From NCBI GenBank assembly GCA_963702475.1, contig CAVPCT010000005.1, positions 224,001 to 288,000 of the forward strand: a stretch of DNA of 64,000 nucleotides, in the 5' to 3' direction. Of this stretch, positions 1 to 9,391 are shown one piece after another. The notes beneath the pieces were generated by a model. It was not told where the DNA came from. It searched no databases and was given only the letters and a program-made list of their open reading frames with translations. The stretch's first letter is position 1. Every line of letters begins with the position of its first letter. The DNA is from an uncultured Thermoleophilia bacterium (GTDB taxonomy: Bacteria; Actinomycetota; Thermoleophilia; UBA2241). Made by a program: the position numbers and the translations under genes.

Positions 1-75
1 TCGGAGCCTTGGGAGCCGCCGCGGACAGGTAGCCGCAGTCGAACCGGGTCTCGGGTGTACCGGAGCCACGGCCGA

Positions 76-411
76 CTACTGCTCGTGGGTCACCGCGATC
101 GTCATCGAGTCGGGCAGACCGAGGGCACACGCCACCTGCAGCGCCTTGAGCAGACCCAACGGGACCGGGCACCAGGCGTACGAGCCCTTGAGGCTCTCCC
201 TCATCAAGGTGTGCAGCGGGCTCTCGCCACGCCAGTCCATCTCAGCGTAGGCGTCGAAGGGACCGTGCTTCTCCAGCGCCTCGGCCAGCACCGCCACGTG
301 CTCACACCGCGAATCGACGACGAACCGCGCCTCTCGTCCGCCCTCGATGCTGGCGGTGACTGTCGCCGTGAACCCGCAGGTTCCGGGCTCGATCAAGGCT
401 CGCGCTTGCAT
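76..411 (-). CDS. Conserved hypothetical protein (DUF6951-like, Cys-containing)
   Basis: ATG at 411 after GAGGAGG; motifs PGxCGF, SxCxH, CPVP recalled for this family. Confidence 0.6.
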   Translation of the reverse strand: MQARALIEPGTCGFTATVTASIEGGREARFVVDSRCEHVAVLAEALEKHGPFDAYAEMDWRGESPLHTLMRESLKGSYAWCPVPLGLLKALQVACALGLPDSMTIAVTHEQ

Positions 412-430
412 GAGCACCTCCTCATCGTGG

Positions 431-1237
431 TCACTCCGCCTCCGGGTCCACGACCCCGAGACCTGCGCAGACGGCGAGCAGCGCATCCTTCAGCTCGCCG
501 CGGTCGCCTGCGAACACCGGTAGGCAGCCACGAGGGTCGGCGTCACCTCGCCAGACCGCCCAGGCGAAGGCCATGCACGTCGCTTCCCCGCACTCCCGGC
601 AGTTGGTGCCCGGCAGGCGCTTGTAGACCTCGAGTGCGGGCGGACGCCGGCGCGTCTCGGTCGACGGTGTGATGTCCGCCCTGCGCGACCAGACGCCGTT
701 GACCAGACAGCGCACTCGCTCGAGGCTCGCCCAGGCGTCCAAGATGTCGTCGGCCTTGGCGATGCCGATGCGGTCACGGAAGAGCGAGACCATGCGGTGC
801 CCGTCCATGTAGGTGAACACCGGCACCGACGGCACGTAAGAACCCTTGGTCACCTCGGCGTTGAGATACGGCAACGCCTCCGCGACGTCGCCGGAGAAGT
901 GCGCGATCAGGCGGAGCCGCGCCGCGTCGGCGACGCAGGGCGCGAGCACCACGATGGCCACGCGGCCCGTCACATCCTCGGCGAACTCGGCCGGCGCCGT
1001 CTCGGGAACCGCGCCACCTGGCGGGCGGAACTCGACCCAGCCGGCGCTCATCAGGTCGAGTCCTCCCCTCTCGAGATAGGCGGCGCGATCCTCCGGCGTG
1101 AGCACGATCGCCGGCGAGCCCACCCGCGCGTACCCGGGGTCAGGCGAGATCACCCGGTGCGGCAGGCCGAGTCGCCGCAGCAGCTCCAGGGCGCGATCGG
1201 CTTCGGCGCGGTCGCCGAACGTGGTGAGCGCGTCCAC
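431..1237 (-). CDS. Fe-S cluster-binding protein (C-terminal LPGTNCxxCGxxTC domain)
   Basis: LPGTNCRECGEATC...C motif; last-but-one gene of the leftward ars operon. Confidence 0.7.
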   Translation of the reverse strand: MDALTTFGDRAEADRALELLRRLGLPHRVISPDPGYARVGSPAIVLTPEDRAAYLERGGLDLMSAGWVEFRPPGGAVPETAPAEFAEDVTGRVAIVVLAPCVADAARLRLIAHFSGDVAEALPYLNAEVTKGSYVPSVPVFTYMDGHRMVSLFRDRIGIAKADDILDAWASLERVRCLVNGVWSRRADITPSTETRRRPPALEVYKRLPGTNCRECGEATCMAFAWAVWRGDADPRGCLPVFAGDRGELKDALLAVCAGLGVVDPEAE

Positions 1238-1256
1238 GGCCCGTGCCCCGCGCCGC

Positions 1257-2414
1257 TCAGAGCACCGCGTTGAACAGGAAGCCGACGATCATGATGCCGG
1301 CGCCGACCACACCCAGGAAGGTGAAGATGAGCGGCCACTTCAGGACCTTCTTGAGGATGATGGTCTCCGGCAGCGACAGAGCGATGACGGCCATCATGAA
1401 GGCCAGGACGGTGCCCAGCGCCGCGCCCTTCTCGAGCAGCGCCTCCACGATGGGGATGATGCCGGCGGCGTTCGAGTACATGGGGATGCCGAGCAGCACC
1501 GCCAGCGGCACGCTCCACCAGGCGTCGGCGCCCATGATCCCGGCCATGAAGTTCTCCGGCACGTAGCCGTGGATGAGTGCGCCGACGGCGATGCCGGCCA
1601 CCACGTAGGGCCATACCTTGCCGACGATGTCCTTGACGGCCTTCCAGGCGTAGGACATGCGGCCGGCCCACGAGAGCTCCTCGCCGGCCGCCGCCTCGCC
1701 CATGCGCACCTCGCGCACCCAGTCCTCTATGTAGCGGTCCATGCCGAGACGGCCGATGACCCAGCCGGCGACGATGGCGATGGTCAGGCCGGTGATCAGG
1801 TACAGCGCGGCGACCTTCCAGCCGAACAGTCCATAGAGCAGCACCAGGGCGATCTCGTTGACCATGGGCGCGGCGATGAGGAACGAGAACGTCACGCCCA
1901 GCGGGATGCCGGCTTCCACGAAGCCGATGAACAGCGGCACCGCCGAGCAGCTGCAGAACGGAGTGACGATACCGAGGCTCGCGGCCATCACGTTGCCGGT
2001 GGTCTCGCGCCGCCCGCGCAGCAGTGCGCGCGTACGCTCGGGGCTGAAGAACGAGCGCACCACGCCCACGCCGAACACGACGAGAGTGAGCAGCAGCATC
2101 ACCTTGACGGTGTCGTAGACGAAGAACTCGAGCGCCGAGGCCCAACGGGTGTCCGGAAGGGCCAGCAGGTCGTGGAACAGCCAGACGACGAGCGGCAGCC
2201 AGAAGTGATAGACGACCGCCCAGACGCCCACCGCAAGCACCAGACGGAGCCACAACGGCAGGCGGAGCCACACCCGCACGGGCAGGCGCCGCGTCCCTTC
2301 GTCGCGCGGCGCCTCCGCCGCCGGCGCGTCGCACGCGCACCGGGGCATGGCGGGCGGCGTGCCGCGCGCGGGCTCGCCGGCCGCCGGAGCGGTGTCGAGG
2401 GCGGTCTCACTCAT
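1257..2414 (-). CDS. arsP: ArsP/DUF318 family permease
   Basis: TPFCSCSAVP signature, multiple TM helices, ars context. Confidence 0.85.
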   Translation of the reverse strand: MSETALDTAPAAGEPARGTPPAMPRCACDAPAAEAPRDEGTRRLPVRVWLRLPLWLRLVLAVGVWAVVYHFWLPLVVWLFHDLLALPDTRWASALEFFVYDTVKVMLLLTLVVFGVGVVRSFFSPERTRALLRGRRETTGNVMAASLGIVTPFCSCSAVPLFIGFVEAGIPLGVTFSFLIAAPMVNEIALVLLYGLFGWKVAALYLITGLTIAIVAGWVIGRLGMDRYIEDWVREVRMGEAAAGEELSWAGRMSYAWKAVKDIVGKVWPYVVAGIAVGALIHGYVPENFMAGIMGADAWWSVPLAVLLGIPMYSNAAGIIPIVEALLEKGAALGTVLAFMMAVIALSLPETIILKKVLKWPLIFTFLGVVGAGIMIVGFLFNAVL

Positions 2415-2420
2415 CGCGCG

Positions 2421-3197
2421 TCACTCATCCACTGCGCCCGGCGCGCTCACGTGCCGCGGAACCGCGGCCGGCGGCCCCGCGAAGCTCGTGATCAGCGGCG
2501 TTGCCGCGAGCCATCGCTGGAGGCGGTCGTGGTCGTAGGGCACGCGCACGAACTCGACGAGGCCCGGCGTACCGAGGTTGGCCGGATCGACGACGGCGTA
2601 GCACACGCGCCAGTCGCCGTCCTTGGGCCGGCCGCCACTGCCGACATTGACGAACGTCGTCGCGCCCACCGTGCGCGCGTACGGCACGTGCGTGTGCCCG
2701 AGGAGGATGGCAGGGTACGGGTACTCGGCGGCCATGCGCTCCATCGCGGACGCCGGCCTGTCCTCGAAGAGGTACTCGTTGATGCGCCGCGGGCTGCCGT
2801 GCACGGCGAGCAGGTCTGCGCCCGGCGTCTTCAGCAGGAAGTGGTCGTCGAGCGTGCGCAGGTAGGCCTTGGCCTCATCACTCACGGCCCCCTGCGTCCA
2901 GGCAAGGGACGCCGCGCCCTCCGCGCGCTGCTCGTCGGTCTTGTACACGCAGCCGCAGTCGCCGGTCTCGAAGCCGATGCCCTGGTCGTAGTTGCCCATG
3001 AGCGACGGGATGCCGCGGTCGCGCACGAGGAGCGCGACCTCGTTGGGATACGGCCCGTATCCCACGAGGTCGCCCAGCGAGATCGTCGCCGGGACGCCGC
3101 GGTCCTCAATGTCCGCCAGGATGGCCTCGAGGCCCGGCAGGTTGCCGTGCACGTCGCTGAAGACCGCAAACGGCGTGGCTATCGTCAGTGCGCGCAC
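2421..3197 (-). CDS. Metallophosphoesterase (calcineurin-like), ars-associated
   Basis: SDVHGN, GDLVGYG, GNYD, HGSP, GHTH motifs plus DCGC. Confidence 0.85.
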   Translation of the reverse strand: MRALTIATPFAVFSDVHGNLPGLEAILADIEDRGVPATISLGDLVGYGPYPNEVALLVRDRGIPSLMGNYDQGIGFETGDCGCVYKTDEQRAEGAASLAWTQGAVSDEAKAYLRTLDDHFLLKTPGADLLAVHGSPRRINEYLFEDRPASAMERMAAEYPYPAILLGHTHVPYARTVGATTFVNVGSGGRPKDGDWRVCYAVVDPANLGTPGLVEFVRVPYDHDRLQRWLAATPLITSFAGPPAAVPRHVSAPGAVDE

Positions 3198-3233
3198 GAC
3201 GGACCCCTCGTTTCATCGACCTGTGTTTATATC

Positions 3234-3270
3234 AACTTACCTTGACCATAAACGGATGTCAATGTAACGT
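3234..3270. promoter_or_regulatory. Overlapping divergent sigma70-type promoters; probable ArsR operator
   Basis: + strand TTGACC(3242)-17-TAACGT(3265); - strand TTGACA(3262)-17-TAAGTT(3239). Confidence 0.6.
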
Positions 3271-3309
3271 CGAGAGGACCTCAGCCCCACCCGACAGGAG
3301 ACCACGACG

Positions 3310-4425
3310 ATGGCAGCGAGCAGCACCAGGCGCCTCTCGTTCCTCGACCGCTACCTCACCCTCTGGATCTTCCTCGCCATGTTCGCCGGGGTGGGGCTCG
3401 GCTACCTGTTCATCGGCCTGCCCGGGTTCATCCAGCGGTGGTCTGTGGGCACCACCAACATCCCCATCGCCATCGGCCTCATCGTGATGATGTATCCGCC
3501 CCTCGCGAAGGTGCGCTACGAGGAGCTCGGCGACGTCTTCCGCGACTGGAGGATCCTGGGCCTCAGCCTCGTGCAGAACTGGCTCATCGGCCCGTTCGTG
3601 ATGTTCTTCCTGGCGATCATCTTCCTGCACGACTACCCCGAGTACATGGTCGGGCTCATCATGATGGGCCTGGCGCGCTGCATCGCCATGGTCATCGTCT
3701 GGAACCAGCTCGCCAAGGGCGACACCGAGTACGCTGCCGGACTCGTGGCCTTCAACAGCGTCTTCCAGGTGCTCTTCTACAGCGTCTTCGCCTGGGTCTT
3801 CGTGACCAAGCTGCCGCCGCTCTTCGGGCTCGAGGGCGTGGCCGTCGACATCACCATCGGGCAGATCGCCAAGAGCGTCTTCATCTACCTGGGGATCCCG
3901 TTCATCGCCGGCATGCTCACGCGCTACATCGGGCTCAAGACCAAAGGCCGCGAGTGGTACGAGCAGAAGTTCATCCCGCGGATCAGCCCGCTCACGCTGA
4001 TCGCGCTGCTGTTCACGATCTTCGTGATGTTCAGCCTCAAGGGCGACCTCATCATCGAGCTGCCGCTGGACGTGCTGCTCATCGCCATCCCGCTGTCCCT
4101 GTACTTCGTCATCATGTTCTTCGTGAGCTTCTTCATGGGACGCAGGATCGGCGCCGACTACTCGAAGACGGCCACCCTGAGCTTCACCGCGGCGAGCAAC
4201 AACTTCGAGCTCGCGATCGCCGTCTCCATCGCCGTCTTCGGCCTCAACTCCGGCCAGGCGTTCGCCAGCGTGATCGGCCCGCTTGTCGAGGTGCCGGTGC
4301 TCATCGGCCTCGTGAGCGTGGCGCTCTGGCTGGGCAAGAAGTACTGGCACATCAGCGACGACCCTGTGCCGGAGGCGGTGCAGGCAGGCTGCGACGAGGT
4401 GGGGTGCGACCCCACGAGGAGTTGA
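3310..4425 (+). CDS. acr3: Acr3 arsenite efflux transporter
   Basis: [45 protein letters not shown]. Confidence 0.95.
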   Translation: MAASSTRRLSFLDRYLTLWIFLAMFAGVGLGYLFIGLPGFIQRWSVGTTNIPIAIGLIVMMYPPLAKVRYEELGDVFRDWRILGLSLVQNWLIGPFVMFFLAIIFLHDYPEYMVGLIMMGLARCIAMVIVWNQLAKGDTEYAAGLVAFNSVFQVLFYSVFAWVFVTKLPPLFGLEGVAVDITIGQIAKSVFIYLGIPFIAGMLTRYIGLKTKGREWYEQKFIPRISPLTLIALLFTIFVMFSLKGDLIIELPLDVLLIAIPLSLYFVIMFFVSFFMGRRIGADYSKTATLSFTAASNNFELAIAVSIAVFGLNSGQAFASVIGPLVEVPVLIGLVSVALWLGKKYWHISDDPVPEAVQAGCDEVGCDPTRS

Positions 4426-4426
4426 C

Positions 4427-4828
4427 ATGAGGTCAGACCGAGACCCGGCCGGAGCCGGCAGCATCACCGCGTTCGTGCCCTTCTTCAAGGCGTTCTGCAA
4501 CGAGACCCGCGCGCAGATCGTCGAGTTCCTGCTCGGCGGCGAACGCTGCGTGTGCGAGATGACGGGGCCCCTCGACGTCAGCCAGCCGCTGGTGTCGCAT
4601 CATCTCGCGCTGCTCCGCGAGGCCGGCCTCGTGAAGATGCGCAGCGAGGGCACGCGTACCTACTACTCCATCGACCGGGAACGCTTCGACGCCGACCTGC
4701 AGGGGTTTCTGGAGCACGTTGAACGCCTGCGCAACGCCCCCCGTACCGAGCTCAGCGGCAGCGCCTGCGCCGTCGCCGTCGGGGCGCCGGCACGTATCGC
4801 AGATCCACGAACAAGGAGAGACCCGTGA
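4427..4828 (+). CDS. arsR: ArsR/SmtB family repressor
   Basis: ERCVCEM metal site and SQPLVSHHL HTH. Confidence 0.9.
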   Translation: MRSDRDPAGAGSITAFVPFFKAFCNETRAQIVEFLLGGERCVCEMTGPLDVSQPLVSHHLALLREAGLVKMRSEGTRTYYSIDRERFDADLQGFLEHVERLRNAPRTELSGSACAVAVGAPARIADPRTRRDP

Positions 4829-5079
4829 GACTCGAGATCCTCGGTTCGGGCTGCGCCAACTGCCAGAAGCTGATGGCGGTGACCGAAGCGGCCGTGCGCG
4901 ACCTCGGCATCCACGATGCCGAGCTGGTCAAGGTAGAGGACTTCCCCAGGATCATGGCGTATGGCGTGATGTCGACGCCGGCTCTCGTGATCGACGGCAA
5001 GGTCGTGCTCAGCGGCAAGGTGCCGTCGCAGGCCGAGGTCAGCTCGCTTATCACCACGGCGCTGGCCGCACGAGGATGA
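4825..5079 (+). CDS. Small redox-active disulfide protein (thioredoxin_3/MTH895-like)
   Basis: LGSGCANC and YGVMSTPALVIDG. Confidence 0.9.
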   Translation: MRLEILGSGCANCQKLMAVTEAAVRDLGIHDAELVKVEDFPRIMAYGVMSTPALVIDGKVVLSGKVPSQAEVSSLITTALAARG

Positions 5080-5507
5080 CCTTGAGGCGCACGGCGGGGC
5101 CGCGAGTGGTCGCCGCCCTCGTGGTCGCCCTGGCCGGCGTCCTGTGGCTGGCCGCGTGCGGCGGGGGGGCCTCCGAGGATTCTTCCGCATCTCCGGACGC
5201 CGGGAGCGCCACAGCGAAGGTCACCTTCGTCGAGCTCGGCTCCGACAGCTGCATCCCCTGCAAGGAGATGAAGCCGGTCATGGCCGCGATCCAGAAGACC
5301 TTCGGCGACCAGGTCGAGATCGTCTTCTACGACGTGTGGGAGGATGACGCGCCGGCGCGTGAGTACGGCATCAACATGATCCCCACGCAGGTGTTCCTCG
5401 ACGAGGACGGCGAGGAGTTCCACCGGCACGTCGGCTTCTATGCGCAAGAAGAGATAGAAGCGCTGCTCGTCGAGCACGGCTTGACCAGGCTCTCCACCAC
5501 CCAGTAG
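5076..5507 (+). CDS. Thioredoxin-family lipoprotein
   Basis: ATGA overlap; lipobox LAAC; CIPC active site; IPTQVF. Confidence 0.85.
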   Translation: MTLRRTAGPRVVAALVVALAGVLWLAACGGGASEDSSASPDAGSATAKVTFVELGSDSCIPCKEMKPVMAAIQKTFGDQVEIVFYDVWEDDAPAREYGINMIPTQVFLDEDGEEFHRHVGFYAQEEIEALLVEHGLTRLSTTQ

Positions 5508-5518
5508 GCGTCGCGGCC

Positions 5519-6211
5519 GTGCTCCAGCAGGTCCTGACCACCCTCAGCGAAGCGCTGGGCCGGTCGCTGGGCTGGGCCCTGCTCGCGGCCTTCGCCTGGG
5601 GAGTCGTGAGCATCGTCTTCAGCCCGTGCCACCTCGCCAGCGTGCCGCTCGTGGTCGGCTTCATCTCCACCCAGGAGAAGGCCTTGACGCGGCGCGCGTT
5701 CTGGCTCTCGCTCGCGTTCTCCATCGGCGTCCTGGCCTCGATCGCGCTGATCGGCGCGGTGACCGCGGCCCTGGGTCGCCTGCTCGGCGACCTCGGCGCC
5801 ATCGGCAACGTCGCCGTGGCCGTGGTGTTCTTCGTCTTCGGCCTCTACCTCATGGACCTGCTGCCGCTGCACTGGGTGTCGCTGCCGTCCAGCACGAGCC
5901 TGCGCGGGACGCCGGCGGCCCTCGGTCTCGGCCTCGCGTTCGGCGTCGGCCTCGGCCCGTGCTCGTTCGCCTTCCTCGCCCCGCTCCTGATGATCGCCTT
6001 CGGCCAGGCTGACGTCGACTACACCTTCGCCGTCGGACTGCTGGCCGCTTTCGCCCTCGGCCACTGCGGGGTCATCGTGCTCGCCGGAACTGCCGCGCAG
6101 CGCGTACAGGGCCTCGTCTCCTGGGGATCGCAGTCGCGCGTGACGCGCTGGGTGCGCCGCGCCTGCGGCGCCCTCGTGGTGCTGGCGGGCGTCTATCTGC
6201 TCGCGAAGTAG
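5519..6211 (+). CDS. ccdA: CcdA/DsbD-type membrane thiol-disulfide electron transporter
   Basis: FSPCHL and GPC motifs in a ~6-TM protein. Confidence 0.85.
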   Translation: MLQQVLTTLSEALGRSLGWALLAAFAWGVVSIVFSPCHLASVPLVVGFISTQEKALTRRAFWLSLAFSIGVLASIALIGAVTAALGRLLGDLGAIGNVAVAVVFFVFGLYLMDLLPLHWVSLPSSTSLRGTPAALGLGLAFGVGLGPCSFAFLAPLLMIAFGQADVDYTFAVGLLAAFALGHCGVIVLAGTAAQRVQGLVSWGSQSRVTRWVRRACGALVVLAGVYLLAK

Positions 6212-6244
6212 CGGCGGGCGGCCAGTACGCGGGCCGCCCGCCGC
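6211..6244. terminator. GC-rich hairpin after ccdA
   Basis: GCGGCGGGCGGCC / GGCCGCCCGCCGC 13-bp stem. Confidence 0.5.
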
Positions 6245-6257
6245 CTTGCGCGCGAGC

Positions 6258-6400
6258 TCAGCTCTGCTGCACCAGCCTCACCTGCGTGTCGTAGAAGGAG
6301 ACGCCCCCCCACGGGGTCCAGCAGACAGGTGTTCTTGAGGTAGTCGTCGAGACGCCCATCCCCGGTCCGTGTGGAGGTCGTCGCTGCACCTCGACGGCAT
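6258..6400 (-). pseudogene. Relic of the 3' end of a TtrA-like molybdopterin oxidoreductase catalytic subunit
   Basis: RLDDYLKNTCLLDPVGG in one frame continues as VSFYDTQVRLV* in another, shift at the G-run ~6304-6310; no upstream body. Confidence 0.55.
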
Positions 6401-6778
6401 GGGCGGCAGTGCGCGGCGAGACCGCCGGCAAGATGAGCGGCGATGCAGGGAGCGTTTGCCTTAGGCTGCCCGCCGGCACGGTCGGTGGATACGCTCTGCG
6501 CGCAGCCGGTACGCGGTGGCGAAAGGCGCTTGACCGCCACGCCCGCGGTCGCAGAGGCCACCGGACCGCGGAGCCCTCAGCGAGAGCCGCCCGGGCGACT
6601 CGTCTCCAGGCCGCGGAGGAACCCAGCCTCCGCGGCCTCGCGCCGATCTTGGTGGTGCCTTGGACGAACGTCCCATGCGGCTTCTAGACAATGGTCCCAT
6701 GCGCCCCCGCGCGTCCCGGGGCAGAGTAGGAATGAACACCCCGGCCAGTCGGGACACCGCACTCAGGAGGCCGCAAGC

Positions 6779-7372
6779 ATGCGCCGCACCAGGACCTCGC
6801 AGCAGGGCTTCACCCTGATAGAGACGCTCATCGTCCTCATCGTCATCGCCGTGCTCGTCGCCATCGCCGTTCCCGCCTATGCGGCGCAGCGCGGCAAGGC
6901 GAAGGAGACCGTCCTCAAGAAGAACGGGCGCGATGTGAACATCGCCGCGCTGACCTACGTGCTCCAGGGGCTCGACACCACCTACCGCAGGAGCGACGAC
7001 GGCAACGCCAGGCAGTACGCCAACGCCGCCCGGTTCGTGAGCAACGCCCTGGAGGTCGGCCTCGAACAGGGCGTGCCTCTGGACAACGCCGATCACTACA
7101 TCAATCCATATTCAGGTCACGAGTCCATCGTGAACTGGGGCAGCGTGATCACGACCCAGGCTCTCTACTCGACCCCCGCCGTGTTCATCACCAACGCCGG
7201 CAGCTGCCGCTACGCGAGCTTCCAGAACATGAGCCTGGCTCAGCGGACCAGCCTGCGGGGTACGATCATCGCCTGCTGGAACACGACGGCATCGGTGCGC
7301 GCCATCCAGATCTACTACGTCACGGGCAACGCGACCAAGGGCCCGCTGCTGCACAGCATCCCGCTGGACTGA
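6779..7372 (+). CDS. Type IV pilin/pseudopilin-like protein
   Basis: QG|FTLIE class III signal plus hydrophobic helix; AGGAGG RBS. Confidence 0.85.
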   Translation: MRRTRTSQQGFTLIETLIVLIVIAVLVAIAVPAYAAQRGKAKETVLKKNGRDVNIAALTYVLQGLDTTYRRSDDGNARQYANAARFVSNALEVGLEQGVPLDNADHYINPYSGHESIVNWGSVITTQALYSTPAVFITNAGSCRYASFQNMSLAQRTSLRGTIIACWNTTASVRAIQIYYVTGNATKGPLLHSIPLD

Positions 7373-7424
7373 CCGGGCGGAGCACGGCCGCTCCCGCCGG
7401 GACCGGAGGCCGCGGCGAGGCGCG

Positions 7425-7985
7425 TCAGGCCCCCGGGTCGAAGTCCTTGCCCACGCTCCAGCACTTGGCGACCGGCTCGCCGAGCGACCAGTACTTCTGG
7501 CTCGCCATGTCGAAGAGCAGCGGCTTGAGCTTGGCGATGTCGACGGCGCCGTTGGTGAGCACGTCCGCGTCGGCGTAGGTGCCCACGATCTCTCCCACGA
7601 ACAGGTCGTGCGTGGGCAGCTCCACGTGCTCGATGAGCCTGCACTCCATCGTCACCTTGCACTGCTCGATCATCGGCGCCGTGTCGAGCTTGCCGTAGAA
7701 CACCTCGAACAGCCCCGCCTTGTCCTCCTTGCGACCGCTGACCATGCCTATGTGGTCGGTGACCTCGACCATCGCCTCAGACGGCAGGTTGACGCTGAAC
7801 GTGCGGTTGGCCTTGATGCCTTCGTTGGTGAGGTGCATGCGGCCCATGCCGAGCGTGATGCCTTTGAGGTGGGCGATGCCGACGTGCGCGACGGTGGCGA
7901 AGTCGGGCCGTCCGTCGACGGTCGCGCCCACCAGGGCGGTGACCAAGGGATACAGGGCGTTGGTGTCGCCGAGTTGCTGCTTCAC
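7425..7985 (-). CDS. Flavin reductase family protein
   Basis: FSVNLPS, APMIEQC, HDLFVGEIV. Confidence 0.85.
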   Translation of the reverse strand: MKQQLGDTNALYPLVTALVGATVDGRPDFATVAHVGIAHLKGITLGMGRMHLTNEGIKANRTFSVNLPSEAMVEVTDHIGMVSGRKEDKAGLFEVFYGKLDTAPMIEQCKVTMECRLIEHVELPTHDLFVGEIVGTYADADVLTNGAVDIAKLKPLLFDMASQKYWSLGEPVAKCWSVGKDFDPGA

Positions 7986-8103
7986 GAGAGACCTCGCTCA
8001 TCGGGGTGGCCGGTCGGCCAGTTCCTACCCGCTGAGGAGCCGGCGGCAACCAGCGACGGGCGGCTCGGGTTGCGGGACGCTCCCCGCCCGTCATCATGAG
8101 GAC

Positions 8104-9238
8104 GTGAGCGACGCCCGCGGAGAACCCCAGGACCCAGGCGCCGGGCCGGCGCGCGTCCGGCCGCGCCGCAGGCGCGGCAGACTCGCGCCGGCGCTTGTCG
8201 TCATCCTCGTGGTCGGCGTCGCCGCCGTGGCCGGCGCCTTTCTGCTGGCGCGCGCGTCGGAGAGGACGACCTCGCGCGCCGGCCCGCAGGGGCCGTATCT
8301 CGTCGGCGCCTGGACCTTCGGCGACACCGCCTCGTTCGAGCGCGCCCTCGACGCCGGCGCGCTCGACGAGGTGAGCCTGGACTGGCTGCAGTCGCGACCC
8401 GACGGCTCGGTCGTGGCGCCGCGTTTCGACGGCGCCTTCCTCGAGCGCGTGCGAGAGAGCGGCGTCGCCGTCTGCGTCACGCTGACCGACTACGACCAGA
8501 CGCTCGGCACGTTCGACGGGTCCATCCCGCAGGCCATCCTCGCCACGGCCGCATCGCGCCGGCGCCACGCCGAGGCGGTGGCCGAGTGGTGCCGCGCCCA
8601 CGACGTGGACGGCCTCGACCTGGACTGGGAGGCGCTGCGGCGGGACCAGCGTGCCCGGTTCACCGCCTTCGTAAGGCAGCTTGCCCGGCGGCTGCACGAG
8701 GACGGGCGCTTCCTCGCCGTCGACGTGGTGCCCAAGACCTACGAGCCCGGCGGCTGGAGCACGCCCCAGGCGCAAGACTGGAAGGACCTGGGGCGCATCG
8801 CCGACCAGGTCCGCGTGATGACGTACAACTACTCGGGCTCGTGGTCGGGCCCAGGCCCGCTCTCGCCGCCGGGCTGGATGGACGCCGTCCTCGACTTCGC
8901 GGAGACTCAGATACCGCCGCAGAAGATCGTGATGGGTCTGGGCTTCTACGGGCGCGACTGGAGAGGCGCGCAGACCACCGACCTGGTGTGGGCGGACGTG
9001 CGCGAATCCGCGACACGCGCACGACCCGAAGACCTACCGCGGGCCGACCGAGGAGCTCACCCTCACCTACGAGGTGGACGGCCACGCGCACATCGCCTAC
9101 TTCCCGGACGCGAAGGCGATCGACGCCAAGGTGCGCATGATGCTCCGCGAGCACCCGCGCATCGGCGGCGTGTACGGCTGGATGCTGGGCCAGGAGCAGC
9201 CGTCGGTGTGGCGGGTGCTCGACGAGCGGCTGCACTGA
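8104..9238 (+). CDS. Membrane-anchored GH18 glycoside hydrolase, frameshifted near 9005-9030
   Basis: DGLDLDWE catalytic motif and VMTYNY; expected C-terminus (GGVYGWMLGQE) lies in another frame ending 9238. Confidence 0.75.
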
Positions 9239-9344
9239 GCGACGGAAGAGGGCTCAGCTGACGGGGCGGCGCAGCGGCACCGGCTACTGAGCGACGGAAG
9301 AGGGCTCAGCTGACGGGGCGGCGCAGCGGCACCGGCTACTGAGC
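9234..9344. repeat. 52-bp tandem direct repeat, two copies plus 7 bp
   Basis: ACTGAGCGACGGAAGAGGGCTCAGCTGACGGGGCGGCGCAGCGGCACCGGCT at 9234 and 9286; ACTGAGC again at 9338. Confidence 0.9.
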
Positions 9345-9391
9345 AGAACGGCGCCGGCCGGCCGTGAGAGCCGGCGCCGGCCGCCAGCGGG

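Noticed and set aside
4825-5507. Selenocysteine recoding in the thioredoxin-like genes
   Set aside because: CxxC motifs use TGC codons and the TGA stops coincide with overlapping downstream starts
9234-9344. 52-bp repeat as a mini-CRISPR
   Set aside because: Copies are contiguous and identical with no unique spacer
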